64,000 nt of DNA, from positions 248,001 to 312,000 of the forward strand of contig JAYWIR010000064.1 of the NCBI GenBank assembly GCA_036172245.1, in the 5' to 3' direction. This document shows, piece after piece, positions 42,001-51,500 of the stretch (position 1 is its first letter; the number at the start of each line of letters is the position of its first letter). The notes under the pieces are model-generated. The model saw nothing but the letters and a program-made list of their open reading frames with translations. It was not told the DNA's origin and did not search any database. This DNA is from Raillietiella orientalis (taxonomy: Eukaryota). A program made the position numbers and the translations under genes.

Positions 42001-45000
42001 CATCAGGAGCATGGAGAAAGTGCCTTGTAGCTCATGAATGAATAGTAGATCATGACCCATCTTTTAGTCTCCTGGTATTCGAGTTGCTTCCATACCCTGT
42101 GCGCATGCATTCAAGAGCTCTCGAGGAGACGTAGCGAGGTGAAACCACACTTCCTGGGAGTACCAAACTGAACGTGATTAAAGATGTGGCTGGAAGTGAT
42201 TCTCTGCCTCTTTCCTGTTACGGAACTCGGGAAATGAAATCATTGCGTGTGTTCCTCATCTTTGAAAATTGAGATGAACATGGAAATCGCTGAAAGGGAT
42301 TAGAAAGAGAGAGGAGGGAGCTAAGAAGAAAGACAGAGACACAGTAATGGCCGGTTCGGTAACCAGATTTTTTTTGTTTTTTTTTTTTTCATGTGCAGGA
42401 ACCGTAATCAGGAAAAACTGGAAGCTTCCGTTCGATTCCGGACATGCCGCCACTCTTTTGGAAGTGACGGATGTGAGCGACAGTATGGAGTGGTCAAACC
42501 CGGTTGATGAATCTTAATGAAGCGTGCTTATGTAGTGAAAATAGAAAAGGAGCTTGAAACGATTGACAGAGAGATAAGGAATCGTGAGGGATCAGCGCGA
42601 AAGGAAGCTAAAAAAAATTCGGGTTCATCCCTGGATAGGCGATTTGTCAAATCGGCTTAATCGTTCCGATTCCCAGATCCCTGCAGCTCTCGACAGTGTG
42701 TGTGAAGAGCGGCATGTCGAAACGACTTTTATCCGTGGGAACGCGCTGGAACATTTCGATGAACGGAGATTCCGTGGTTTTGATGGATTTTCCGTGAACG
42801 GAAAGCCAAGGAATCGAAAAATTTAGCGGCAGCTCCACGCTGGAACGACACAGGCGGTGTCCTCACACGAGCGTGTCGCCCTCCAGAGACGCTGTTTGCA
42901 GCAAGAGGACCGCATCATCAAGTTCAAGCGCAAGGGGCCACCTGGGGTGACTCTGACCAGCCCTGCCGCCGCGGCGCAGCTGTGCCTGTGTCGGAAAAAG
43001 GGAAGAACGCTCGTTCGGGATTCGTTCCCCGTACCTGATGGGGACCAGATATCCCGCAGTGTGGGATTCCGGTTGCAAGACAGGAACACGCACGCCGTGC
43101 CCACACACCGAACGACTGCACCACAGCGGGGATCTCGGCTTGTGAGCGGCTGGCAAGGGAAGCGTCCGGGAAAGAGACGGAGGCAGGGCCGTGAGAGCCG
43201 ACGGAGCAAAAGATGTTGATGCCTGGCTCACCAACCTAGCGAAAGTGGAGGATGCGGAGCGTTCGGCATTTGGGGAGATGATGAAGAACTCTCGGCGGAC
43301 TCTGTACAACAAGAATAGGAGGATATACAGCTGAGAAGGTTTCGTCAATTAAGAATGAGGAAAAGTTGGTTCCCCCCCCCCCCTTCTTTTTCGCCCCGCC
43401 CTCTAGGCAGCAGAAATTTGTTCTTTGCGAAATTGCCTTGAAGGAAGGTGCTGCGGAGGAAGACCGGAAAGCGGAACAGGGAGTTTTCGGTCGCCGCGCT
43501 CGCTGACCAAAAAAAGGCTCACGTGGAAAAAAAATAAAGGAGGCCAAGAGAAAGAGACTTTGACTGCTTCGTCTTCAGAGTGGCACGAGGATCCGGTTCG
43601 CAAGCGGTGGCTCAAAAAAAAAGGGGGGGGGCGGGGAGGGGGAAGGAAAAAAAAAATCCTTGATTCGACTTAACCGGCTGGTTAACGCAGGCATGAGGTT
43701 GACTACGCGAAGGCCACGCGACAAAATGCGGGCCATCAAACAGATTTCCCTTCCAAAGCTGGAAGCGTCGCAATCATCCGTGAAGATTTCTTCTCCCCCT
43801 CTCTTCGCGCCTTTCTTCTGGTTCTCCTGTTTTTTTCTTTTGTTTGTTTGTTTGTTTTTTGCAACAGAAACTTGTTTGGAGAGGATTTTTTCTCTCCTCT
43901 CGCTTGATTTAGAGCAGCCCCTTCCGAGCAGGGCAGTAGGAGAGTCGCCGCCGCGTCGACGCTCGGCCTCTCTCCCTTGACCGCAGCGGACCGGGAAGCC
44001 TCCCGAAATCGCCTTCTCAATCAGCGCTTCACGGGACGCGGTCTCCGCGGAATTCGAATCCCCACCCCTTGAGCTCTGCTGCATGCGAGCAGGGAAACAA
44101 CCCTGCCTTCGTTTTTGTTCGCAAAGTGCTGAAGAACCGTTCGCCCCCTCGGGGGCAGGGAGAGAGGGGGACTCACGAACCTCTCTAACGCTGCCCACGT
44201 CACCCGAGGGTGCGTGTTGACTCTTCAGGGTAGGGGGTACGTTTGGAGAGGACCATTCTATGAATCCGAGAAGGCGCCAGGACAAGGACCAAGCACAAGA
44301 GGGGAGGACTCTTTCCCTCTTACGCCGGGGAGAAACTCCGAAGGGAACCGTCTCCATCGTTGTCTCCGAAGGAAACGGAACCGCTTCCCGAGACTCTCCA
44401 GAGGGACCCCTGGAGGGGGCCGCTCCGTTCTCTCTTCTCTGAAGGGAACCCGGAAAGGATCCTCTCCTGGAATTTCTTCTCCGGAGGGACCCCTGAAAGG
44501 GAACCGCTTCTGGTTTCCTCCTCCTCCAAAGAAAACCCCGTAGGGACGCTTCCCGATTTCTCCGGAGGGTCGTTCCCCGAAGGGAGCAGCACGCTTCCTG
44601 ACACTCTGGAGAGGAATCGATCCATCCACCAGCTCCATGGTACGATATGGAGGGTCCCCCTCTCCGAGGGGGAGGGAGGGACGGCCCATTTGCACAACCG
44701 GAGGATCCTTGATTCCTGGAAGGGAATCCGGAGGGTTCGCTTCCAATCCCAGCCAGTCGACGGGGTCGCCCGGCTTCCGCCAGTACCGCACCCGAAGCCT
44801 TGAGGTCAACCAGTGTCATCTTGAAAGGGAAGGAGACTCGAAACCCACGACGAATACCCCCATTCCCAGCATCGATCCTTCTCCAGGCAGGATTGGAACC
44901 CGCCTTGCAGCCACGCGGCCACCAAAGCGAGCCCGAGTTTTAAGGACCCGCCTTCTGCACGGAAGAGCTCGGCTCGAGTCCGCCTCCGTGGACCGATCCC

Positions 45001-46123
45001 GGTCCCTGGTCTCCGGGTCACCTCAAACGGTCACGTGAACAAGCGGTGCAGCGTGGCTGCCGCGCACTCCAGTTCGAACGGGGAGGACGAATGCGCCCCG
45101 GGCGCTTCTTCGTCCCCCGGATGACTCGCTCGCGACCTTTCCCCCTCCGGTTCGAAAACGCGCAAGCGGACGGATTTAAAATGCCACCGATTCGATGCGG
45201 TCAAGCAATGTAATGAATTTTCATCCGCCGGGAATTTCTTGCATAATAGTGAAAATCCTCGCTTTCAAATCGCTTCCGCAGCACTGGCGCCCAACGTGTG
45301 CATCCACAACCACGCCCATGTTATTTAGCAATGCAGATGCCTAAAGCTGCAAAGTTAATCCGCAACGATCCTAACGGATTGTAGGTCCTCGCTCTAGTTT
45401 GACCTTTTCGCCCGTCAGGTTACGGAGCACCGCACACGTGTCGCCGACGCTCCGAGACGTTCTTAATCGGAGCGCATTCGCGACCCTCTCTCAAACACCC
45501 CGCTCATGTGCCAGGCCACAGCAGGCCCTCGTATAACGCGACGAAAAGATGGCGGCCTTAGTCGGCCTTAGTGTGACGTGGTGAATCAGTCCCGTGCAAA
45601 TGTCAGTTTCGCGGCGTAGTGTCCGTCCAGCTGCTTCGAAATGGAACGCGAGCACGTGATTTGAGTGGGATGAATGCCGTTTCCGAATCGAATTTTCCTG
45701 AGCGTAACAGCGCAGGCGGATGCGTTTCTCAGCAACGAGGATGAGGGAGCCGAAACCAGAGAACCGTCTCTGATCGATTAGACCTCGAGAAAACTTCCAA
45801 AGTCTTCTTTCCTTCTTTCTTCGGAGTCGGATTACGAGCGAACGCTTTTAATTTTTTTTCCTCTTCCCCTCTTTCTTTCGGAGTGGAGCAGGAAATATTC
45901 TGCCGTCACGACGACGTCCCAAGTGTCCAGGTACAGTCCACAGTGCTCGCGCAAGGAGGAACGCGTTCCATCCGCGTATTATGCGGGAATTACTGTACCT
46001 CTGGTTAAGTCACAATAATTAGCTCATTGGAAACTTTGATGCTGGCGTGCGCGCGACGGGAAGAGAGCACGCAGGTGTGTGTGTTAATAACTATTTGTGT
46101 GTTCTGCGCGCCTTCGACGAGGA

Positions 46124-46155
<32 letters not shown>

Positions 46156-46515
46156 ACCGTGTCACCGGAGGCACTTCGCTCCTGGAGGCACTCTCTGCCA
46201 CCTCGCGTACGGGACCGGAAGGTGGGGGCGGCGCACCACGAAGACCACCTCCTCCCTCTCCTCGCGTTCCCCTCCCCCCCGCCCGCCCGCCCGCGTCTCT
46301 CAGCCGCCGCGAGAGGCCGGAGGGGGGTCGGATGGATGAGAGACATGCCGAGAGAGAAACCGGCCCGTTTGCACCTGTCCCCGGTCGCTCACGCCCTCCG
46401 TGTCATTTCAGGCAAAGGAGCTTCCGGGGCTTCGGAAACGAAGCAGTGGCAGGAGATGATCAACAAACCAAAGCACCCGAGCATCCAGTGGCATAGGTTG
46501 AAACCTGACTGCTGA
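5824..46515 (+). CDS. Syt7: Synaptotagmin-7 gene model: join(5824..6068,[6218..6266?],10603..10749,17235..17382,27962..28071,29089..29257,35138..35350,46412..46515); about 394 aa if the micro-exon is included
   Basis: Manual splicing gives TM helix + linker + tandem C2A/C2B. The motifs [92 protein letters not shown] and [27 protein letters not shown] closely match insect Syt7 as I recall it. Introns are GT-AG with matching phases from exon 2 to exon 7. Confidence 0.95.
6218..6266 (+). CDS. Syt7: Candidate Syt7 linker micro-exon (49 nt; (S)[16 protein letters not shown])
   Basis: Preceded by a CTAAC branch-like motif and CCTAAAG|, and followed by |GTGAAA. It converts the phase-2 end of exon 1 into the phase-0 start of exon 2 with no stop codon. 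Both splice sites are only moderate. Confidence 0.4.
10603..10749 (+). CDS. Syt7: Syt7 exon 2: end of linker and first strands of C2A
   Basis: Acceptor TTTCTCTTCCAG|, translation [49 protein letters not shown], donor CAG|GTAAGT. 147 nt, phase 0-0. Confidence 0.92.
11651..11702. repeat. Left terminal inverted repeat of the mariner derivative
   Basis: Its reverse complement matches 12314-12365 with a few mismatches. Confidence 0.9.
12314..12365. repeat. Right terminal inverted repeat of the mariner derivative
   Basis: TATTTGTTCTTTCTTTGTATCCGATCGGCTTTTACTTTTGAGATGCTTCTCG followed by the TA target dinucleotide. Confidence 0.9.
12640..13040 (+). mobile_element. Possible RTE-like LINE 3' relic
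   Basis: [18 protein letters not shown] resembles the RTE C-terminal GxVxGxRxRGRPR. No coherent protein in any frame. Confidence 0.3.
16050..16520 (+). mobile_element. Decayed mariner transposase N-terminal fragment (GC-enriched)
   Basis: [40 protein letters not shown] resembles the mariner N-terminus MEKxExRxxIKFL..GxxPxxI..VYGESSPSxxTVKxW. Downstream [16 protein letters not shown] resembles LGxRKxxARWVP. Confidence 0.4.
17235..17382 (+). CDS. Syt7: Syt7 exon 3: C2A Ca2+-binding loop 1 and polybasic strand
   Basis: Acceptor ATTTCCAG|, translation [49 protein letters not shown], donor A|GTAAGA. 148 nt, phase 0-1. The ORF track misses it in this frame. Confidence 0.96.
23710..24150 (-). mobile_element. 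Possible decayed mariner transposase fragment
   Basis: Minus strand [14 protein letters not shown]...[19 protein letters not shown] resembles K..WVPHxL...FLxRIxTGDExWxxYD. Weak. Confidence 0.25.
25650..25850 (-). mobile_element. RTE-like LINE 3' relic
   Basis: Minus strand RRRMPVIS..., LLFETLRK and FWHVRE resemble RRMLRISW, LLxxIxKR and FGHVxR. Confidence 0.35.
27350..27560 (+). mobile_element. RTE-like LINE 3' relic
   Basis: AIKK...IFGHFA...[11 protein letters not shown] resembles IKKRKLxYFGH...GxIxGxRxRG. Confidence 0.3.
27962..28071 (+). CDS. Syt7: Syt7 exon 4: C2A Ca2+-binding loop 3
   Basis: Acceptor TTTGTTACAG|, translation (S)[36 protein letters not shown], donor CAG|GTGAGA. 110 nt, phase 1-0. 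Confidence 0.96.
29089..29257 (+). CDS. Syt7: Syt7 exon 5: end of C2A, inter-domain linker, start of C2B
   Basis: Acceptor TTTGTCTTTCAAG|, translation [56 protein letters not shown], donor G|GTAATC. 169 nt, phase 0-1. Confidence 0.95.
31240..31862. repeat. Unclassified GC-rich interspersed repeat, copy A (Syt7 intron 5)
   Basis: Direct homology to 55507-55920, e.g. shared GAGACAACCAGGGTGGAGGTGATCTCCATTTCCG and GAGAGGAACGGACTCCGAGTCCTTCCTGGATTCAT. Inverted homology to 44195-44850. It may extend left to about 31100. Confidence 0.9.
35138..35350 (+). CDS. Syt7: Syt7 exon 6: core of C2B (polybasic strand, Ca2+ loop 3)
   Basis: Acceptor GCTTTTCAG|, translation (D)[70 protein letters not shown], donor A|GTAAGT. 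213 nt, phase 1-1. Confidence 0.96.
38030..41950 (-). mobile_element. Heavily decayed non-LTR retrotransposon ORF2 relic (CR1/L2/Jockey-like), possibly interrupted
   Basis: Strong purine bias on the + strand. Minus-strand remnants occur in the expected order: PPLGNSD (end of endonuclease, ~41860), NNPDWNLF (~41740), [16 protein letters not shown] (RT-like HxxLLxKLxxYGI, ~40750) and [10 protein letters not shown] (SFFPRTxxEWN-like 3' end, ~38040). Many stops and frameshifts. Boundaries are approximate. Confidence 0.5.
38766..38789. repeat. (CTG)8 microsatellite
   Basis: Counted directly. Confidence 0.95.
44195..44850. repeat. Unclassified GC-rich interspersed repeat, copy B (Syt7 intron 6; inverted relative to A and C, more diverged)
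   Basis: Matches the reverse complement of copy A in blocks, e.g. TCTTCTCTGAAGGGAACCCG.AAAGGATCC, CCAGT.CCGCACCCG, CAACCAG..TCATCTTG and AACCCACGAC. CACCCGAGGG near 44200 matches the right end of copy C. Confidence 0.8.
46125..46154. repeat. (CTG)10 microsatellite about 260 nt upstream of the last Syt7 acceptor
   Basis: Counted directly. Confidence 0.95.
46412..46515 (+). CDS. Syt7: Syt7 terminal coding exon 7: C2B C-terminal helix and WHxL motif
   Basis: Acceptor TGTCATTTCAG|, translation (S)[33 protein letters not shown] then TGA. Contains the synaptotagmin C-terminal WHxL motif. Confidence 0.95.
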
Positions 46516-46524
46516 CTGATGTGT

Positions 46525-46660
46525 TGGAGAGGAGGAAGGGGGCAAAAAAAAACCCAAAAAAAAAAGAGGAGGAGGAGGAAGAAGAAGAGAAGAAGAAGAA
46601 AAAAAAAAAAGAAAAAAGAAAAAAAAAAAAAAAGAAAGAAAGGAAAGGAAAGGAAAAGAA
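46525..46660. repeat. A/G-rich low-complexity tract at the start of the Syt7 3' UTR
   Basis: Runs of A, GAG, GAA and GGAAA immediately after the TGA stop. Confidence 0.85.
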
Positions 46661-47859
46661 TCTTTCTGCTCTCTGATTCCTTTTCCGGATAATCAGAGAG
46701 CAGCCGATCTTCCAGCGCAGCGAGCATGCAGCCCGACGCTCGAGGAGGAAAGCACGGGGCAGCCACGCGGTTTCGCAGTCGCCGCCATCTGTCCCGTCCG
46801 CGCGGTACCAAAAGCGCTCCTTCTTCCTCGGGCAGGGGTTGCGTGCGAGCTGGGGGAAGTTGACGGCCGGTGAGGGAGCGCCGACTTGGAGAACATTCTG
46901 GTTCCCCCTGGCGTGTCCCTCCCTCCCACCCGCCCCCATCCCACTCTGTTTCGAATCGCCTCCCGATCCACGCTGCAGCGTGCGTGTGCTCTTCCTCAGC
47001 ACGTTCAGCCGCATTGTCGCTGCTGGTGGTTGACCCACACGAAGAGATCGACAGGAAAAAAAAAAAAAACGCCGAAAAAGAGGAAGAAGAATGGGAGGCG
47101 AAGAGGAAAGGGCGTTTTTTTTTTGTGTTTTTTGTTTTTTGTTTTTTCCGACAAGAAGCAAAATGCAACGAGGATGCCCTGTTCTTGTGGGCACTGGGAG
47201 TCGATGGTCGTCGCTGCAGGAGAGAGGGACGTGCCCTTTCGTGGAAGCTCCGACATGGATGGAACCCCCCTTTCTCTCCCGCCTTTTATTCTTGGTCCCC
47301 TCTTCCAGGAGCAGCAGCTCGCAATGGACGCGCGCTGCTGTGCCTGCCTCCATCTTCCCCACGCGGCATCTCACCCGAGGTCGCCCCTCTCCCCCGCGCG
47401 CTAGAGCAAGGGAGCGAAGATCAGTTGTGGAAGTATCGGGTCGGTTTCGTCCAAATCCCGGAGATCCTCATCCCCTCCCTTTTCCTTCCGTTCCCCCTCC
47501 CCCCTTTTTTTTGCCTCGTGCTGTCCAGATCAGCTGATCCACTGCAGCTAAACGCTCTCTACTTGCGAGCACCCCCTAATCCCCCTAAAGTGTCCGCACA
47601 CGGGGACCAACCGTTGCGCGGTACGATATGCTCCAATCAGAAGTCTCTTGGAAGCAGCCGTTGCCGGTGGGTGCCATCTTCAGGCCCCACGGCGTGACAA
47701 CCATCTCGGAATAGGAGACCAGATCGATTAGTAGTGTCACCGCTGCTACTATCATTGGTTGTTATTGCTGGGATTCTTATAACTGTTGTCAAAGTCAGCA
47801 TCGTTCGTAGTCGTAGCAGCGGTATTATTGGGATGATGGTTGTCGGTGGTCGTAGTGAT

Positions 47860-48230
47860 AGCGGGGCAACGATGCTCTTCGCGTTGTCAAGAAAGTGGCC
47901 AGCAAACCTCAGAGCATCGCCAAGTAGACAGAAGTGGAGGGACCAGAAGCAGTTCCTGGTCTGGCGATGTTCCCGGGATTCGTCCAGGCCTCTACTCCCC
48001 GGAGGCGGCGGATTTGGCCCACTTCTACCGTCCGGGACCGGACCCTTGGATTGGCGTCGACGCCTCTCGGGAAGCGCTGGGCGGCAGAGCGTTCATTTCC
48101 CACCCGCAACGGTCCAGCTGCTTCCAGCGTCTTCCCCTCGGGTGCAGGCGCCTCGCAGGATCGCGGACAAAACCGAGCTGCCGATGGCTCCCTTCCGAAG
48201 CGGGAAAGGACACTCGGTCGCGGCTCGGTT
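47860..48230 (+). mobile_element. Decayed mariner transposase C-terminal fragment downstream of the Syt7 stop codon
   Basis: GLYSPEAADLAHFYRPGP...REALGGRAFIS resembles PYSPDLAPSDFxLFxP...LKxxLGGxRF. Confidence 0.4.
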
Positions 48231-50429
48231 TCTCTTTTCGCCCGCCCGCAGAGCGCTGCTCCTCGGGGGGGGAGGCGAGGAGCAGCGAAAAGGGAAGGAG
48301 CAGCTAAGGTGCCGCCTGTATGCTTCAGGATCTTTCCTCGGCGGTGACACTTGCGCTGCTGATCTCGCCGGCCGACACACGAGGGTCTCAACTGCTGGTT
48401 CCTCGTCCCCTCCCCCCCTTACCCTCCTTGACTGACTGATTTCTCTCTCTCCCTCTCTGGGGAAACCCAGCGGTTCGTCTTGAGAGGTCCGCACGGGCAG
48501 CTCGCTCTCCTCAAGACTGGGGGAGCGCCTTCAGGCCATTCGATCCCGACCCGGACAGAGATGGCGCTCGGCCACCTTTCCGGTACATTTGCGATCCGTT
48601 TCATTAGAATCCGCTCCGGTGGGCGTGGAACTTGCGAGAGCTCCGGGGAGCGAAGCCCAAACGTCCAGACGGCGCTCGCAACTTGCCGACCCGGAAACCG
48701 CCCCCTTGGACCCTCGGCTGAGAGGAGGCGACATCCCTGGAAATCGAGCCGCCGTAGCCACTCCTCGAGAAGACCCGTTCCGAGGGAGGCGGGCGGGACC
48801 GGCAGCGGAGCAGGAGTGCATGGGCCCCTCTTCCTGGTCTCGACTTGCCGGGCCGCAAAGGTCCAGTCTTTCGCTGGATGCCGGAGCGGCGGAGGGAGAG
48901 ATCAAGAGGGAGCAGTTCGTCTGCAGGTCCGTTACACTGGATCGCGCGCCAGCCGTCCCTCCGATGGGATCCCATCGATTGGAGGAAGGGTGTCGAGCGG
49001 ATGCGCGGGACGCCTCGCAACCGTGGACGGAAGGGGGAGCCACGCTTCGAACAGGAGGGAGAGAAGTGGACGCCGAAGCAGAGATCAAAGGAAGACTTGG
49101 ATTTCTTCATCTTCCGAGCGACTTCTTCGCCTGCTTCTTCGTGTTTCCGCTGCCGTGGTGAAATTCTGCTTAAAAAAAAAAAAAATTACACGATGTGGAA
49201 CTCAGGTTTCTTGCTGTCCATTCTTCCTGACGCTAAAACGCTGTGATTGAATGAATCGGCAGAGTTCTTTCTTTTCCTTTTTTTTTTTTTTTTCATGGAT
49301 TGCTTGCGGTTCGGGGAGGTCGTCAGACTGGAATGACCTTGCAGCATGAGGAACATTTGCTGTGGTGCACAGACTCGGTGAAGGGGAACTCTGGAAAGAA
49401 CAGCAAAGATAAAGGAAAAAAGATAAAGAATGCAAATTCGGGAAAAAGAAAACTTTGATCAAGGGTGAGCCAGCTCGTTGCGTCGGAAATGAAATGAGGC
49501 CACTCCGTGGGGAAAAAATCAACCCGATTACTGGGCCAGGGATGTGGAGCCGCTCAAAAATACCTTTGGATAACCAGGAGCCAGTTGAAATCAGTCACTC
49601 GCTCCAGGAAGGCATAGTCTTGCCATAAAGACAAATCGAACCGACAGCTGAATAAATTTCCTTTGATGCAGGAAACCCAGTTGTTTCAGATGTTCCTATT
49701 ATTAACACTGTAGATCGTTTTCATAGAACTGAAAATCCCAGTGTTTCAGAAAAAGGGATCAGCAGATGAGCAGCTGATTGTATTCTCATTCGCTCTGGTA
49801 TCAAGCAATTGGAAGAAAAATGAGACGAAGACGTTCAATACGGTGCTTCTTCTTCATCCTGGAGGAAGTTCGAGTGGGATCGATGCTTGAACGAAAGAAA
49901 GGAAAAATGAGCGTTTCAGACCAACATCAACCGGCCAGTAAAAGGGAATATCGCCGCTTCGTATGAGCAGAAGAGCATATAGGATGCCTTTTTTTTTTTT
50001 TTTATTTGATGCTATTTCGACTTCCTGTTCTTTCTCTCCCTCTCTCTCTCTTCTATTTGAGAGCGGATCGTACTCCATGTGGGTCCACGTCTTACTTTCT
50101 GAAAATGTGCAAATTAAGAGCTATTGAAGATACATTTCGTCCAACAAAACTACTTGCTCTGACATTTCTTTTCTCTTGACTATCACAACTGGTGCCGTTT
50201 ATTTCTTATTCGCAGCTTCGTCCTTCTCTCACTGTCGAAGATCATTTCTAGAAAGCGTCGAACGTGTCACAATCCGTCGTGGTCCATGGAGAATCCGGGC
50301 GTGATTCTCGAGAAATCATAAATGTTGTTTCCTGAGGACTGATTTCTAGCCTTCGGTCTGAAACACACCATCCAGCAAAGGCGACTCGACTAAATCTACT
50401 TACAACATGCTTATCACTGCTCAAGAATG

Positions 50430-50830
50430 TGGGCGAAGAGCAAAGACTTGATCAGATCCGCATCCCAAACGGAACAGCGCAACTTTGGCACTCGTTACTG
50501 TCGGATTTGTGGACCATTCGGGAGCCAGGATTTGCAGCTCTGATGCCCAGCAAGCACTTGAAGCTTCTCCAAAGAATTCTTCGGATGTGGAGCTCATGTT
50601 CCTCTGAAAGGCCACATTACCTCGTAGATCCTAGACATTTACTGTTTCCAATTTCGCCCAGTCCTGGTTGAAGAAAATTGTCGCTCACAGAAATCTCGAG
50701 AGAAAATTTATTCGCCTGCATAAACGGGGTAATCAGGGCAATCTTGAAAAAAATCTGGAAAACAAACCAGAAAAGCAGTGGCAGCAACGAATTGCAGCAA
50801 CCACTGAAAGGGAAGATGGAATAAACAAGC
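50430..50830 (+). mobile_element. RTE-like LINE 3' relic
   Basis: SLLSDLWTIRE, KLLQRILRMW and NLERKFIRLHKRGNQG..KPEKQWQQRI match RTE motifs (LLYGxExWT; RRILRIxW; LEKxIMxGxxxG..RPxxxWxDxI) in the correct order. Confidence 0.45.
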
Positions 50831-51199
50831 AAAACCTCGTCTTCCTAACCCATCAGAATTCGAATTCTCAAGCCGACAAGGTATGTTTGAATCCATGGAA
50901 CTTGAGAAACGCTTTTGGTAGCGTGCAAAAAAAATGTGCCTGAAGAACCTGGACATGGTTTTCGTGTCTGCTCCAACAGCAAAACAAGAGGAAAAATTCC
51001 ATTGCTGGTAGATTGGTTAGAGGCATTGTAATGCAGCACTCTAATAATAAAGAAGTGCACCTGGATAATTTCTGTTCCCATGACGCCTCCAGAGAGATTC
51101 GTTCCAGCAGGGGTTTCAGAGTAACAGAAATTCACTCTGTTGAGAGCTCACCTGATCCGGAGGACAACGCCGCCCGGGTGCCAGAGGCGGCTGCCGAGA

Positions 51200-51500
51200 G
51201 AGCTCAAGCGTGCCTGCCGGTCAACTGCCGCTTTCAAGCAGACGAATCGAGTACTTGGTACTTTCTCTCCCCATCTCTTTTCTGGGGAGGCGAGCCTCCA
51301 AAGCCCTCTCTTTCCGTTACGCTCGGTTCCACCGAGCAGGCCCTCGATGGAAGATGCTTGCTGGGGAAATCGCGGGCCAGCCAAAGGACGGATCTGAATG
51401 CCATGCAGGAGAGTCTCCAAAGGGCAACGCGACCTGACCATTCTGCTGAGGACGAACTTGAATCGTGGATCGGAAATCCAGCTGCCAGACGACTTCCAGA
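51200..51500 (-). mobile_element. RTE-like LINE 3' relic, opposite in orientation to the 50430 copy
   Basis: Minus strand LLGGTERNGKRG...PEKRWGEKV...AAVDRQAR resembles GxxxGKRxxGRPxxRWxDxV...AxDRxxWR. Confidence 0.4.

Noticed and set aside
43575..44819. Longest ORF in the track (414 aa, minus strand)
   Set aside because: It runs through repeat copy B and into A/T microsatellite-like sequence. It has no domain, and the frame is not obviously preserved in copies A and C.
46005..47404. ORFs with poly-Q, poly-C, poly-A, poly-L and poly-F tracts
   Set aside because: These are artefacts of the (CTG)10 microsatellite and the A/G-rich 3' UTR tract. Only 46412-46515 is real coding sequence.
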